Below, in pieces: positions 53,951 to 62,570 of a DNA stretch of 64,000 nucleotides. A program made the translations under genes and the position numbers. The notes beneath the pieces were generated by a model. That model searched no databases. It saw only the letters and a program-made list of their open reading frames with translations, and was not told where the DNA came from. Positions within the stretch are counted from its first letter, which is position 1; the number at the start of each line of letters is the position of its first letter. Source of the DNA: Candidatus Thorarchaeota archaeon (GTDB lineage Archaea > Asgardarchaeota > Thorarchaeia > Thorarchaeales > Thorarchaeaceae); contig JBHLRS010000013.1 of NCBI GenBank assembly GCA_048882325.1, positions 7,668 to 71,667 on the forward strand, given 5' to 3'.

Positions 53951-54505
53951 CTACGTGGCTCCACGTGCTGGATAGGTCATTGTAATTTTGAATGTGCAGC
54001 TCTCTTCACCAGCAGACATACAAGTGTCTTCTGTGACGATCAACTTCTCATACTCAATTCTATTGAAGTCGGTTAAGTACTCAAGAACTGCCTCTACGAA
54101 TCCCTTCAAGAAGAAACAAGATGGTTCTTCAGCTTCATAACCCGAAGCATATGGATTGTCACCAATTTCTATAATCGCTTCTTCATCCAACCAAAGTTTG
54201 TAGAGTTTAGCAATCCGAACATCACCAAATGGAACAATCAAAGTTTCGAGAGCCATTTTGATGAACTCGATGATTCCCTTAAAATCACCAGGAGGTTTTT
54301 GCTTCCCAATCTTGAAGTATTCTCTTTGAGCTTCAAGTCCTGCAAGACGTCCAGCTGAGTAATAGAGGTCCTTTACTCGATCTGGGAACATGACTGCAAT
54401 CCTGCTCCCGAGTTTGTTCCAGGTCTTCGCGAAGAATGCAACCATTAAGTCACGTTCCTTGAGTCGACCTTGCCACCAAGGAATCACCTTATCTTGATCT
54501 GACAT
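53951..54505 (-). CDS. V4R-like domain protein
   Basis: C-terminal EEPSCFFLKGFVEAVLEYL...VTEDTCMSAGEESCTFKI fits the V4R pattern C-x-f-x-x-G-f...E-x-x-C-x-x-x-G-x-x-x-C-x-F. Confidence 0.65.
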   Translation of the reverse strand: MSDQDKVIPWWQGRLKERDLMVAFFAKTWNKLGSRIAVMFPDRVKDLYYSAGRLAGLEAQREYFKIGKQKPPGDFKGIIEFIKMALETLIVPFGDVRIAKLYKLWLDEEAIIEIGDNPYASGYEAEEPSCFFLKGFVEAVLEYLTDFNRIEYEKLIVTEDTCMSAGEESCTFKITMTYPARGAT

Positions 54506-54573
54506 TTCTAGGCCTCGTTGTCACTGACAGATGATGAAATGATGTTTAATTGCTTTATGTGTGTGTGATACAT

Positions 54574-55047
54574 CTATACTAGACGGACATTCCATACGCA
54601 TGCATCTGCACCGGTGGCTTGGCTCATCTCTTGGAAGACCTTTGCATCAACACCTTTGAACTCCAGAATAGACTGGAGTATTCCACTAAAGACCTCACAG
54701 TACCCAAAACCCCGCATTCCTTCAAGGTTTACTTCTTGGCACCACACGCACTTGTCATCTGTAATCCTTACTGATCCGCGAGCTGTTTTCATATCAACAT
54801 CTTTGGGTTTCTTATCGAATAAGGTGCGATATACAATTTCAATCAGCTTGGCAACATCCTCGCGGGTTGTGACATTATCCTTTGTTTTTTCAACAATCTC
54901 TGTGTTAAGGTAGATTTGCTGACCAATCTCGCATCCAAGGTCTCGTAGTTTCTGATTTGCTTCTTCGATGTTTTCTGTTTCAGACAAAACCTTCTCGACA
55001 TAATAGGAGTATAAGCTAATTAACAAAGGATTTTCAATCTTGGGCAT
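54574..55047 (-). CDS. V4R (4-vinyl reductase / Bet3-TRAPP-related) domain protein
   Basis: RITDDKCVWCQEVNLEGMRGFGYCEVFSGILQSILEFKGVDAKVFQEMSQATGADACVWNVRL is the canonical V4R layout. Confidence 0.8.
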   Translation of the reverse strand: MPKIENPLLISLYSYYVEKVLSETENIEEANQKLRDLGCEIGQQIYLNTEIVEKTKDNVTTREDVAKLIEIVYRTLFDKKPKDVDMKTARGSVRITDDKCVWCQEVNLEGMRGFGYCEVFSGILQSILEFKGVDAKVFQEMSQATGADACVWNVRLV

Positions 55048-55070
55048 TATATGTACACCTTCTCTGAAAT

Positions 55071-56075
55071 CTAGAGGGTCTTTCCGATTAATTTCAGACC
55101 GTGTTTTCTGTATTTGGCAATTGTTTGTACAACCCTAGGTAGTGGAACACTCAATTCTTCGGCAATCTGTTCAGTAGTTCGAGTGCCATCACACAACCTA
55201 ATGATGTTTTGATCATTATTCGCGACTTTCTTCATATCACCCTCATAATGTGGACATTTAACATATCGTCCCATTGCACTAGTCGCTGATGCTGAAACTT
55301 CCTCACCCTCTGTAAGTTGCGGAACCGTGATTATACCTCGTGAAGCTCCCCACTTCAGTAAATCTATTACCCTATTGTTTGGCTGAAACATTGAGTCTGC
55401 AATTTTCTCTACACTGTTGGCACCATCAACCAGCATTAGAACATCAAAGCCAAAGTTTCGATAGAGTTTCTTCATCTCTGTGTACAGCTTTGAGTCCAGA
55501 GAGAGTGCGTTAGAATACCTTGGACCTCTCTCAGGGACAGTAGTAGGCTGAACATTGAATGACTCTGGTGGTGGAAGATCCTCAACTGGAGTGGGAGATT
55601 CTTCCACAACTGGTGGTGTGGCTACTTCAGGTTCAGGTCGTGGAGTTGTATCAGGTGCTTCAGTGGATTCGATAGAAGCTGCATTGATTGCGATGCTCTC
55701 TAGAACCTGCAGATTGGATTCTACTGATTCCTCGAACTCCTCTGGAGGAGGTGGTAGTTCAATTCCTTCTAACAATCTGAGAACGTTCTTTGTCTTAGCA
55801 ATAGCCAGTCCAAGCTGGAGCTCTGGTACGTATAGAACAGTCAAAATCCAGTTGTCATCAACGGGGGAGAGAACAACAAGCCCACGATCAGTATCAATGG
55901 TCATAAGTCGTAAATCACTCTTATAGAGGGCTATGCTATCCTTCACTCGTGGGAATAGTTCATCCGGAAATGCAAAGCTGACAAAAGGTCTACCAACCTT
56001 TGTCATCAATGAATAACCCAATACTTGGTCATCGAATCTCAACTTGGATAAAGCGCGTTCCAAATCTTTGGACAT
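55071..56075 (-). CDS. Roadblock/LC7-like domain + Pro-rich linker + two WH-like repeats (cassette copy A)
   Basis: MSKDLERALSKLRFDDQVLGYSLMTKVGRPFVSFAFPDE...GLVVLSPVDDNWILTVLYVPELQLGLAIAKTK (Roadblock pattern), then LPPPPEE...PTPVEDLPPPE, then VLMLVDGANSVEKIADSM and IIRLCDGTRTTEQIAEEL repeats. The start was set by alignment with paralog 57939-58916; the track start is 56183. Confidence 0.75.
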   Translation of the reverse strand: MSKDLERALSKLRFDDQVLGYSLMTKVGRPFVSFAFPDELFPRVKDSIALYKSDLRLMTIDTDRGLVVLSPVDDNWILTVLYVPELQLGLAIAKTKNVLRLLEGIELPPPPEEFEESVESNLQVLESIAINAASIESTEAPDTTPRPEPEVATPPVVEESPTPVEDLPPPESFNVQPTTVPERGPRYSNALSLDSKLYTEMKKLYRNFGFDVLMLVDGANSVEKIADSMFQPNNRVIDLLKWGASRGIITVPQLTEGEEVSASATSAMGRYVKCPHYEGDMKKVANNDQNIIRLCDGTRTTEQIAEELSVPLPRVVQTIAKYRKHGLKLIGKTL

Positions 56076-56222
56076 AATGTATACCTCACGGACACTGGTC
56101 TGAATAATAATGGCTGTCCCTGCTATTCTCTCGAAGTTCGTCTGAAAAGGATTGTGGTGGTGAAGCAAGTTGAGACTCGTCAAAAACGGTTAAGAGGGGT
56201 TCGAGTCTGCCGATTAACTACA

Positions 56223-56789
56223 ATGAAGAACTTTGTTGGCGGTCTACTAGCGGTTTTCATAGGTTCTATGGTCATAGTAATGTTCCTGGGACTTACGCAA
56301 CCGGTTTATCCAGAACCGTTCAACATTTTCTGGTTCCTTTTTGCAGGGAGTTATGCTATACAGACAACGCTCCTCAACCCACTCACGCTAATCAGTGTTG
56401 GGCTCTATATTCTCACATGGATTGTCATGGGATTGGTTATCGCACCATTTTCAAAACCTGGATGGAATACAGTCAGATCTGCACTTTGGGTTGGTCTAAT
56501 TCATGCAGTCCTGGCACTAATGTCAACCCTCTTCACAGAACCTGGATTTTGGGAGAGCGCCAGTAGAAACTATCAATTACTCACCAAGTTTACAACTTCG
56601 CTTCTACTAAGCATTCTTTCGTTACCAGCAGCAATACCAGCAGCAATAATCGTTGAAAGAGTTGGTCGTGAGGCTGAACCACCAATTCCATCCAAGATTG
56701 AAACAGTTTGTGAATGTGGAGCAGTTTTCAAATCGAAACCAATGATGTGTTCGGAATGTGGAAGGATATTGAATAAACCCACAGAATAG
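56223..56789 (+). CDS. Hypothetical membrane protein with C-terminal zinc ribbon
   Basis: About 5 TM segments, then CECGAVFKSKPMMCSECG. The track start 56154 overlaps the divergent gene; ATG 56223 (MKNFVGGLLAVF) is preferred. Confidence 0.6.
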   Translation: MKNFVGGLLAVFIGSMVIVMFLGLTQPVYPEPFNIFWFLFAGSYAIQTTLLNPLTLISVGLYILTWIVMGLVIAPFSKPGWNTVRSALWVGLIHAVLALMSTLFTEPGFWESASRNYQLLTKFTTSLLLSILSLPAAIPAAIIVERVGREAEPPIPSKIETVCECGAVFKSKPMMCSECGRILNKPTE

Positions 56790-57317
56790 CTAGCGATCTC
56801 TTGTTATGGCTCCACCAAGGAGGCCACCTATAGCACAAGCAATAGCAGGATATATTGTTCCTTCAAGTGCAGCTTGCATGATGATGAGTGAGCCTTGTTG
56901 GAAGATCCCACCAATTCCAGCAAAGGAAGAGGATATCATGAAGAAAAGTAACCATGTAAGAAATGCACCAATAACAGCTGAGAAGACAGCAGAAAGAATT
57001 CCAGGAAGTATCTCTTTAGTCACTAATCCAGCAATGAGACCACCTGTGCCCCATGCTAACCACATCAGGACCGTACCGCCTGGTGCACCGTAACCAACAA
57101 GAGAACCAAGACTTGTTGATCCAAGTATCGCTGGGGCAGGGAACAGGATTGTACCTGTTACAGCTAGACGTTTCTCGAGCTCTCTACTAGCGAGAAAGTC
57201 ATCTACAATAGTTGATGCAATGAGATCATTTGGCATAAAGGATCCGAACATCAGAACGATGAATGCAAGTGCGAATGCTGTTATCAAACCTAGGAGCGTG
57301 CCTAAACCTTGACCCAA
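56790..57317 (-). CDS. Hypothetical Gly-rich polytopic membrane protein
   Basis: 175 aa with 5-6 TM segments and repeated small-residue motifs (GGLLGG, GTGGLIAG). Its stop abuts the stop of the convergent ORF at 56789. Confidence 0.6.
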   Translation of the reverse strand: MGQGLGTLLGLITAFALAFIVLMFGSFMPNDLIASTIVDDFLASRELEKRLAVTGTILFPAPAILGSTSLGSLVGYGAPGGTVLMWLAWGTGGLIAGLVTKEILPGILSAVFSAVIGAFLTWLLFFMISSSFAGIGGIFQQGSLIIMQAALEGTIYPAIACAIGGLLGGAITRDR

Positions 57318-57414
57318 TTGAGGTCCTCCGTTTGTGTTGGTTCTATACCCCTATTTCTAGTTATTAGGTTTTATACCTATGCCGGATGGTTATCTTGAGA
57401 GTTGAAGCATCAGG

Positions 57415-57918
57415 TCACAATAGTGATAGTGTCCAGGTGCACGCCTCATCACCCAACGCCCTACAGGACTCCTGAAAGCTCTCAGCTTGGAATCCTCTGA
57501 GCTTCATGACAGCGTCAAACACACCACTCACTATGACACAGTATTGCAATCCAGGCATGTCAGTGATATGCACTCCAGCGCATATTGGACAATCCGCATC
57601 AGAGAACTTGATTGTTCGTTTGTCAGGACTTACTGAAATATCTGTGAATGTTTGCCCTGAATTCACCTTGTAAGCAAGTTGAAGAGTATTGGCGAACTCA
57701 TGGAACTGACCAGCGTGATCTCGAATTCGATCAGCGTAGTCCATCAGCAGGGTTTCACCGACTCTAAAGCCAATGTCCTTCATCTTACGGTTAATCTCAT
57801 CAACTGTTTCACTGGTGCTCATTAGCAGGTTCATAAGTTCCCGATAACTAGCTTGAAACAGAACTTTAGAGACCTTGTCCGTCATGAAATTCCAAGCAAT
57901 CTTACCTTTTACACCCAT
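57415..57918 (-). CDS. V4R (Bet3-TRAPP-related) domain protein (cassette copy B)
   Basis: KFSDADCPICAGVHITDMPGLQYCVIVSGVFDAVMKLRGFQAESFQESCRALGDEACTWTLSL. ATG 57918 has GGAGGT 12 nt upstream and lies 20 nt after the upstream stop; the track start is 58005. Confidence 0.8.
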   Translation of the reverse strand: MGVKGKIAWNFMTDKVSKVLFQASYRELMNLLMSTSETVDEINRKMKDIGFRVGETLLMDYADRIRDHAGQFHEFANTLQLAYKVNSGQTFTDISVSPDKRTIKFSDADCPICAGVHITDMPGLQYCVIVSGVFDAVMKLRGFQAESFQESCRALGDEACTWTLSLL

Positions 57919-57938
57919 TGTTACTTCGACCTCCAGTT

Positions 57939-58916
57939 TCAAAATCTTGATGTCTTGTCTGTACGAATGAATTTGACTTCCTTCCCACGATATGGGACAA
58001 CACATTGCAACGCTTCGAAATAGGGTATTCCAAGTTCAGTAGCAATTTCTTGCAATGTCCTCTTTCCATCACATAGCTCAAGCACGGGACGATGTTTCTT
58101 CTTCATTTTGTCAATCTTTCCTTCGAATAATGGTAACTCGATAATTTCCTTCTGGCTTAGCTCTTGTTCCTCTGGACACTCGATTCGAAGAACTGAATTA
58201 GATACACACCATTTCACGATTTCGATGATCTTTTCAACAGGTCTAGCTAATTGCTCCGCAATCTTATAGACTGTCATTTTTTCATCGACTATCAGAAGTA
58301 CATCAATGCCAACATTGGCAAATACCCTCTTTATAGCAGTGTTAAGCTGCGTTTCCAAGGTCACAGTAGGTTTGTAGTTCTCACTTCTGTGTACTACACA
58401 TCCATGTCGAACTTCAATTTCCTCAGGTGGCACCACTGGAACATCAGAAGGTTTTATTTCAGATGGTTCAGATTCAAGAGCGACTTCTGGAGCTAAACCT
58501 TGAGGTGTATTTTGAGTTGCTGATGCGACCTCAGTGACTTCTTCTTCAAGTGAAATCAGTTGTTCTTCCTCCTCAACACCTAGACCGGCAGGGGGTGGAG
58601 GAAGGTCAACTTGCACAAGAAGATCAACAACAGCTTTGGTTCGTGATAGAGCCCCACCAAGTTGGAAGTCCGGTTCGAATAGTACAGCAAGAACCCATTT
58701 AGGATTGACTCTTGCCAGAATAACTATTCCTTCACTTGTCATTGTGTTAACGAGTTTTAGATCACTCCCGTGTATTCGGAGAGTTCCTTTGATTTGTGGA
58801 AGAACCTCATCTGGTAAAGAGAACGAGAGGAAAGGATGTCCATCACTGGTGATTAGTGCATACCCACTAACTGCTTCATCAAACTTCAGTTTAGTAAGTA
58901 CACGCTCCAGTTGCAA
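57939..58916 (-). CDS. Roadblock/LC7-like domain + Pro-rich linker + two WH-like repeats (cassette copy B)
   Basis: QLERVLTKLKFDEAVSGYALITSDGHPFLSFSLPDE...GIVILARVNPKWVLAVLFEPDFQLGGALSRTK, then LPPPPAG, then VLLIVDEKMTVYKIAEQL and VLELCDGKRTLQEIATEL repeats. Paralog of 55071-56075. Confidence 0.8.
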   Translation of the reverse strand: MQLERVLTKLKFDEAVSGYALITSDGHPFLSFSLPDEVLPQIKGTLRIHGSDLKLVNTMTSEGIVILARVNPKWVLAVLFEPDFQLGGALSRTKAVVDLLVQVDLPPPPAGLGVEEEEQLISLEEEVTEVASATQNTPQGLAPEVALESEPSEIKPSDVPVVPPEEIEVRHGCVVHRSENYKPTVTLETQLNTAIKRVFANVGIDVLLIVDEKMTVYKIAEQLARPVEKIIEIVKWCVSNSVLRIECPEEQELSQKEIIELPLFEGKIDKMKKKHRPVLELCDGKRTLQEIATELGIPYFEALQCVVPYRGKEVKFIRTDKTSRF

Positions 58917-58963
58917 AGACTACACCTAACCTAGCGTCGCAAATTCAGTTGGTGGTACGAAAG

Positions 58964-60064
58964 TCACTGAACTTTAAGTAACTTTGTACCATCTCCCGAC
59001 AAAGGAGGATTGGACTCTAAATATTTCACTATTTCAGGTATTTGTGGATGAGTTGCTGAAGAAGAAGACACATAGAGCGATGCTATCGCATTAGCAAGAA
59101 TTAGTCTATCTCTCGGAGTTAAGCTAAGGAGAGTCCCATAGACATCTCCTGCATTCCAAGCATCTCCAGCACCACAAACAACTTTGCTTTCAACGGCAAA
59201 CGCTGGAACTGCAGTAACATCATTCTCGTCTATTGTTGCAGCGTAATGCGGTGTGTGTAAATCAACCCGGACACCCGACATACTGAAGATTAATTGGGCT
59301 CCTTCGATCCAGAGATCAGGCTTTGTAGGTAAGTCCTTCCAACGGTTTTTGTCCTCTGTTAAAGATTGGACTATCCATCCAACTTCGTTCTCATTTAAGC
59401 CTATCACATCTAGGAGGCCAGTTTTGATAACATGCTCTACAAGCTTAGGAACGATCCCTGGGTTTCCCGATGGATCGCCCATATCTAGGAAAGTCACAGA
59501 ATCAGAGGAATCCTTTATTCTCTGAAACAATTCCTGAGCTAGGTCAGCACCCAGTTTGTTGTGATTGAGATTTACCAAAGCAACGATACCACTATCCATT
59601 ATGACATCGAGATCGTTCTCAGTCAAATCAGAGAATGCAAACTCGGAGGCAGAACCGCTATCACTGATCATTAGATTAACACTTCTCCCCTGATATTTTG
59701 TTTCAATGGAAACTGTAGAGGAGAGCCTTCCATTAGTATGAACATGACTCAGATCGAGATTTGAATCAACAAGCGTCCTGAGAAGGGATGCGCCATTTCC
59801 ATCTGTCGTGACAATTAGTTTTGGACTAAGGCCTAATGTGTGGAGAGCAGCGGCAGTATTGACTGCATTTCCTCCTCTGCGAATAAACTGCTGATTATCA
59901 AGAAGATTGCCACCTCCTTGATCGGCAAGTCGTTTCAAGCCATCTATTAGAGTGTCTAGTGATTCGTACATCACAAAATGATCTACAAAAAAGTCTGGAA
60001 GTACAACAGGGTACTTCACCTTAGGGGGGTTTTGCAGGACGGAAATGAGTTGAGTGTAGTCCAA
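58964..60064 (-). CDS. PfkB-family sugar kinase
   Basis: RRGGNAVNTAAAL (signature 1 region) and VCGAGDAWNAGDVYG (signature 2). Confidence 0.75.
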   Translation of the reverse strand: MDYTQLISVLQNPPKVKYPVVLPDFFVDHFVMYESLDTLIDGLKRLADQGGGNLLDNQQFIRRGGNAVNTAAALHTLGLSPKLIVTTDGNGASLLRTLVDSNLDLSHVHTNGRLSSTVSIETKYQGRSVNLMISDSGSASEFAFSDLTENDLDVIMDSGIVALVNLNHNKLGADLAQELFQRIKDSSDSVTFLDMGDPSGNPGIVPKLVEHVIKTGLLDVIGLNENEVGWIVQSLTEDKNRWKDLPTKPDLWIEGAQLIFSMSGVRVDLHTPHYAATIDENDVTAVPAFAVESKVVCGAGDAWNAGDVYGTLLSLTPRDRLILANAIASLYVSSSSATHPQIPEIVKYLESNPPLSGDGTKLLKVQ

Positions 60065-60098
60065 CTCTCATCTCCCCATAGGCAAGATGTTGCTTCTT

Positions 60099-60548
60099 CT
60101 ACACCTTTCGAAGAGCTGCTTTGACCATAGCAGTGATACGATCTTCTTCAATACCGGTCTTTTTAGCGACTTTTGTAATATCGCAATATGCTAGGTCTTC
60201 AAATGTCTGAATGCCAGCTTTCACTAACAATGGAACATCGGTCTTTTTGACAGCGCGAAGTGAACCCAAGTCATCTTTGGGAGCGGCCCCTTTCACTTGA
60301 GCTGGTGCAGCTTCTTCAGCCAAAGAAGCGACAATTTCCTCAAGGTCCTTGATGTATTGCTTGAGGGCATCTACATTCTCAGGATGGACTGTCTTTCGTC
60401 GAAGGTCAACAATCAGTCCCATCTGCCGAGCTTCATTTATGGTGAGACCAGCTTGAGCAGTTTCTTCACTACTAAAACCACGTCCTCTCTTAGGGCGACC
60501 ATCTCTTGGAGATCTAACTGTTGGCTCAGCGATAATATCAAAGCTCAT
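60099..60548 (-). CDS. rpl13e: Ribosomal protein eL13 with C-terminal helix-hairpin-helix extension
   Basis: GRPKRGRGFSSEETAQAGLTINEARQMGLIVDLRRKTVHPENVDALKQYI is the eL13 core. The C-terminal 60 aa (LLVKAGIQTFEDLAYCDITKVAKKTGIEEDRITAMVKAA) looks HhH-like. Confidence 0.75.
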   Translation of the reverse strand: MSFDIIAEPTVRSPRDGRPKRGRGFSSEETAQAGLTINEARQMGLIVDLRRKTVHPENVDALKQYIKDLEEIVASLAEEAAPAQVKGAAPKDDLGSLRAVKKTDVPLLVKAGIQTFEDLAYCDITKVAKKTGIEEDRITAMVKAALRKV

Positions 60549-60830
60549 CTGTCAATCACCTGACTCGGCATCGAGCCGTTGGTCCGCTTATTAGGCTTTC
60601 GAGATGGCAAAGTAATGCGTCTTACTTTACACTAACAGGCAAAGTAGTTTTTGATGTGTACCCCTATGACTCATGGGCTATACGATGTGATATCAATCGT
60701 AGGCAAATGAACTACTCATTACACTCTCTATGCCAATCACCATCTATTGCCAAGAGATTACCTCCTCCTCCTAAGAAACTCACCCTAGTTGCCACGTAAG
60801 ATCGAATTGCATCTTACATTATTTCAAACT

Positions 60831-61121
60831 TCATTCTATCTCTAAGGCTTTCAGTGCATCTTGAACTCCCATACAAGGTTCTATTTTCCAGACGTATCCG
60901 TCAATGTCTGTAAACTCATTCAGTAGTTTTGTAATATAGATTAATGCCTCATCTGACTTATTTTTTTCAACCATGATAAGATTATAGACTTTCGTCCCGT
61001 TTTTCCCGTCTGGAGTGCCAAATACCTGCCACTTCTTAATATAATCTGGTAACTGAGGTGCGCCAATGGTCCTCTTTGTAACCTCTTTTGTTTTAGGATT
61101 TGGATACCATACTGTTAACAT
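60831..61121 (-). CDS. Hypothetical small protein
   Basis: 96-aa ORF with protein-like composition. A 7-bp hairpin GTAAGAT/ATCTTAC (60806-60828) follows the stop. Confidence 0.5.
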   Translation of the reverse strand: MLTVWYPNPKTKEVTKRTIGAPQLPDYIKKWQVFGTPDGKNGTKVYNLIMVEKNKSDEALIYITKLLNEFTDIDGYVWKIEPCMGVQDALKALEIE

Positions 61122-61452
61122 GAAAATTATACTTTTTCCCCTTATTGATTAATTGAATTATTGTATTTTACTGCAAAAATGATTACTCGTCTACGATATA
61201 AATTCTCGCCCCTAGAGGAAGAGCGAAGCGACATACATCAGTTCCATAGAGTTTGTGCATGTTTTAGTAGCACAACTTGAGCTTCCAGAGGAAGATGATG
61301 AAAGAATAGCTTATGTGATTCCAGCAGGTGTCTACTACTTCTACAAATACAATGGAGATAGGAATGATGATTTTGTTCAAATTCGTCTTTAAGCAAAGAC
61401 TGGATCGCAGGTTCCTGCTTGATAAGTTTTCGAGATGACACTGAAACATTCT

Positions 61453-62268
61453 TCACTTGATGTCAAATCCGAATCCAGACTCGACTAATTCAGCAAACCG
61501 GGCCACAAAGCGAGCGGCTGGACCGCCATCAACTACATCATGGTTCAAAAAGATAGTGACACAAAGAAATTCTCTTATCACTATGCTTTCATCAACCACT
61601 GCCGCCTTTTTTGCAATGCCTCCAAGAGCAAAAAGCACAGGAGAGATACTAATAGGTACAGCCCATCCACTTTTTCCTTTTCCAAACATTCCCACTGCGG
61701 TCACTGTCACAGTACCAAGGTGTTTCTTAACAAAAAAGGGATCAGTTCTAAACTTTCGCCAGAATAGGAAGTCACGCAGAAACTTTGGGAGCGCAAAGAG
61801 TCTTCGCATCATTTGTTGATTGACAGTATCAGAGATATCGCCATCAGTACGAGATTGAACAGCCCATATCTCATCCTGAATATCATGGACTGTTTTTTCA
61901 TTGGCTTTTCTAACAATATATGTCTGAGCTCCTGCCTCTCCGTCAATCTGCCTTTCAATCATGACAGAAACATCCACATCTTTGAAGATTATCAATCGCT
62001 TTCCCTTTCTAATTGCATGAACATTCCTATGTTCACAGACTGCTTGTGCAATACATTTCGTTATCCAAGCTGTGAACGAGAGCTCTTTCCCTGAACTTTC
62101 CTCATACTCTCTAATAAATTGACGACCTTCTGTAACATCCACCTCAACCAGACCTGAAATGTAATGAGTACGAAGTCCTTGTTCCATCAACTCCACAACT
62201 ATTTCTCGTTCAAAGGGCTTCTCCTCATATTGATCTATCAGACTCATCACAATCCTATCAATTGGCAT
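61453..62268 (-). CDS. 2-oxoacid dehydrogenase E2-type acyltransferase catalytic domain protein (no lipoyl domain)
   Basis: C-terminal FLNHDVVDGGPAARFV corresponds to the DHR-x-x-DG catalytic His motif of the E2/CAT-fold. 271 aa, with no lipoyl or E1/E3-binding domain. Confidence 0.7.
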   Translation of the reverse strand: MPIDRIVMSLIDQYEEKPFEREIVVELMEQGLRTHYISGLVEVDVTEGRQFIREYEESSGKELSFTAWITKCIAQAVCEHRNVHAIRKGKRLIIFKDVDVSVMIERQIDGEAGAQTYIVRKANEKTVHDIQDEIWAVQSRTDGDISDTVNQQMMRRLFALPKFLRDFLFWRKFRTDPFFVKKHLGTVTVTAVGMFGKGKSGWAVPISISPVLFALGGIAKKAAVVDESIVIREFLCVTIFLNHDVVDGGPAARFVARFAELVESGFGFDIK

Positions 62269-62444
62269 TGTAGGTCCAATGTATTATTGTTTTGGTTTAC
62301 AAAGAAACTCGAGAGTCTAGGATACGAAAATGATGCTTGGAATAATCTATGGTAGACATCATTTCCAAACTCATTTTCTGTGTTAGAGGATTATGAAAGC
62401 ATGAGAAGTTTATTTAGATGTGTTTCTAAATTAATGTTAAGTGT

Positions 62445-62564
62445 CTAAGTCCTCATACCTCGATGAAACACTTCACAGGCACACTTAGAACACTTGTCTT
62501 TGAAATCCTCATGTGTTTCACGGCTATGGCCGCAAGTACAGTGGTCAAAATTTCGTGTACTCAT
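62445..62564 (-). CDS. 39-aa Cys/His-rich mini-protein (putative zinc-binding)
   Basis: Below the ORF-track cut-off: MSTRNFDHCTCGHSRETHEDFKDKCSKCACEVFHRGMRT. It has 5 Cys and 4 His. It starts 7 nt after the stop of ORF 62571-62807. Confidence 0.35.
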   Translation of the reverse strand: MSTRNFDHCTCGHSRETHEDFKDKCSKCACEVFHRGMRT

Positions 62565-62570
62565 TTTTTT

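Noticed and set aside
61238-61456. Two overlapping minus-strand ORFs (72 and 61 aa) and a 45-codon plus-strand ORF (61255-61392, ...IAYVIPAGVYYFYKYNGDRNDDFVQIRL)
   Set aside because: The minus ORFs are not protein-like. The plus ORF looks more like protein but has only a GTG start, no RBS that I can see, and no recognisable family. Support is insufficient to call a gene.
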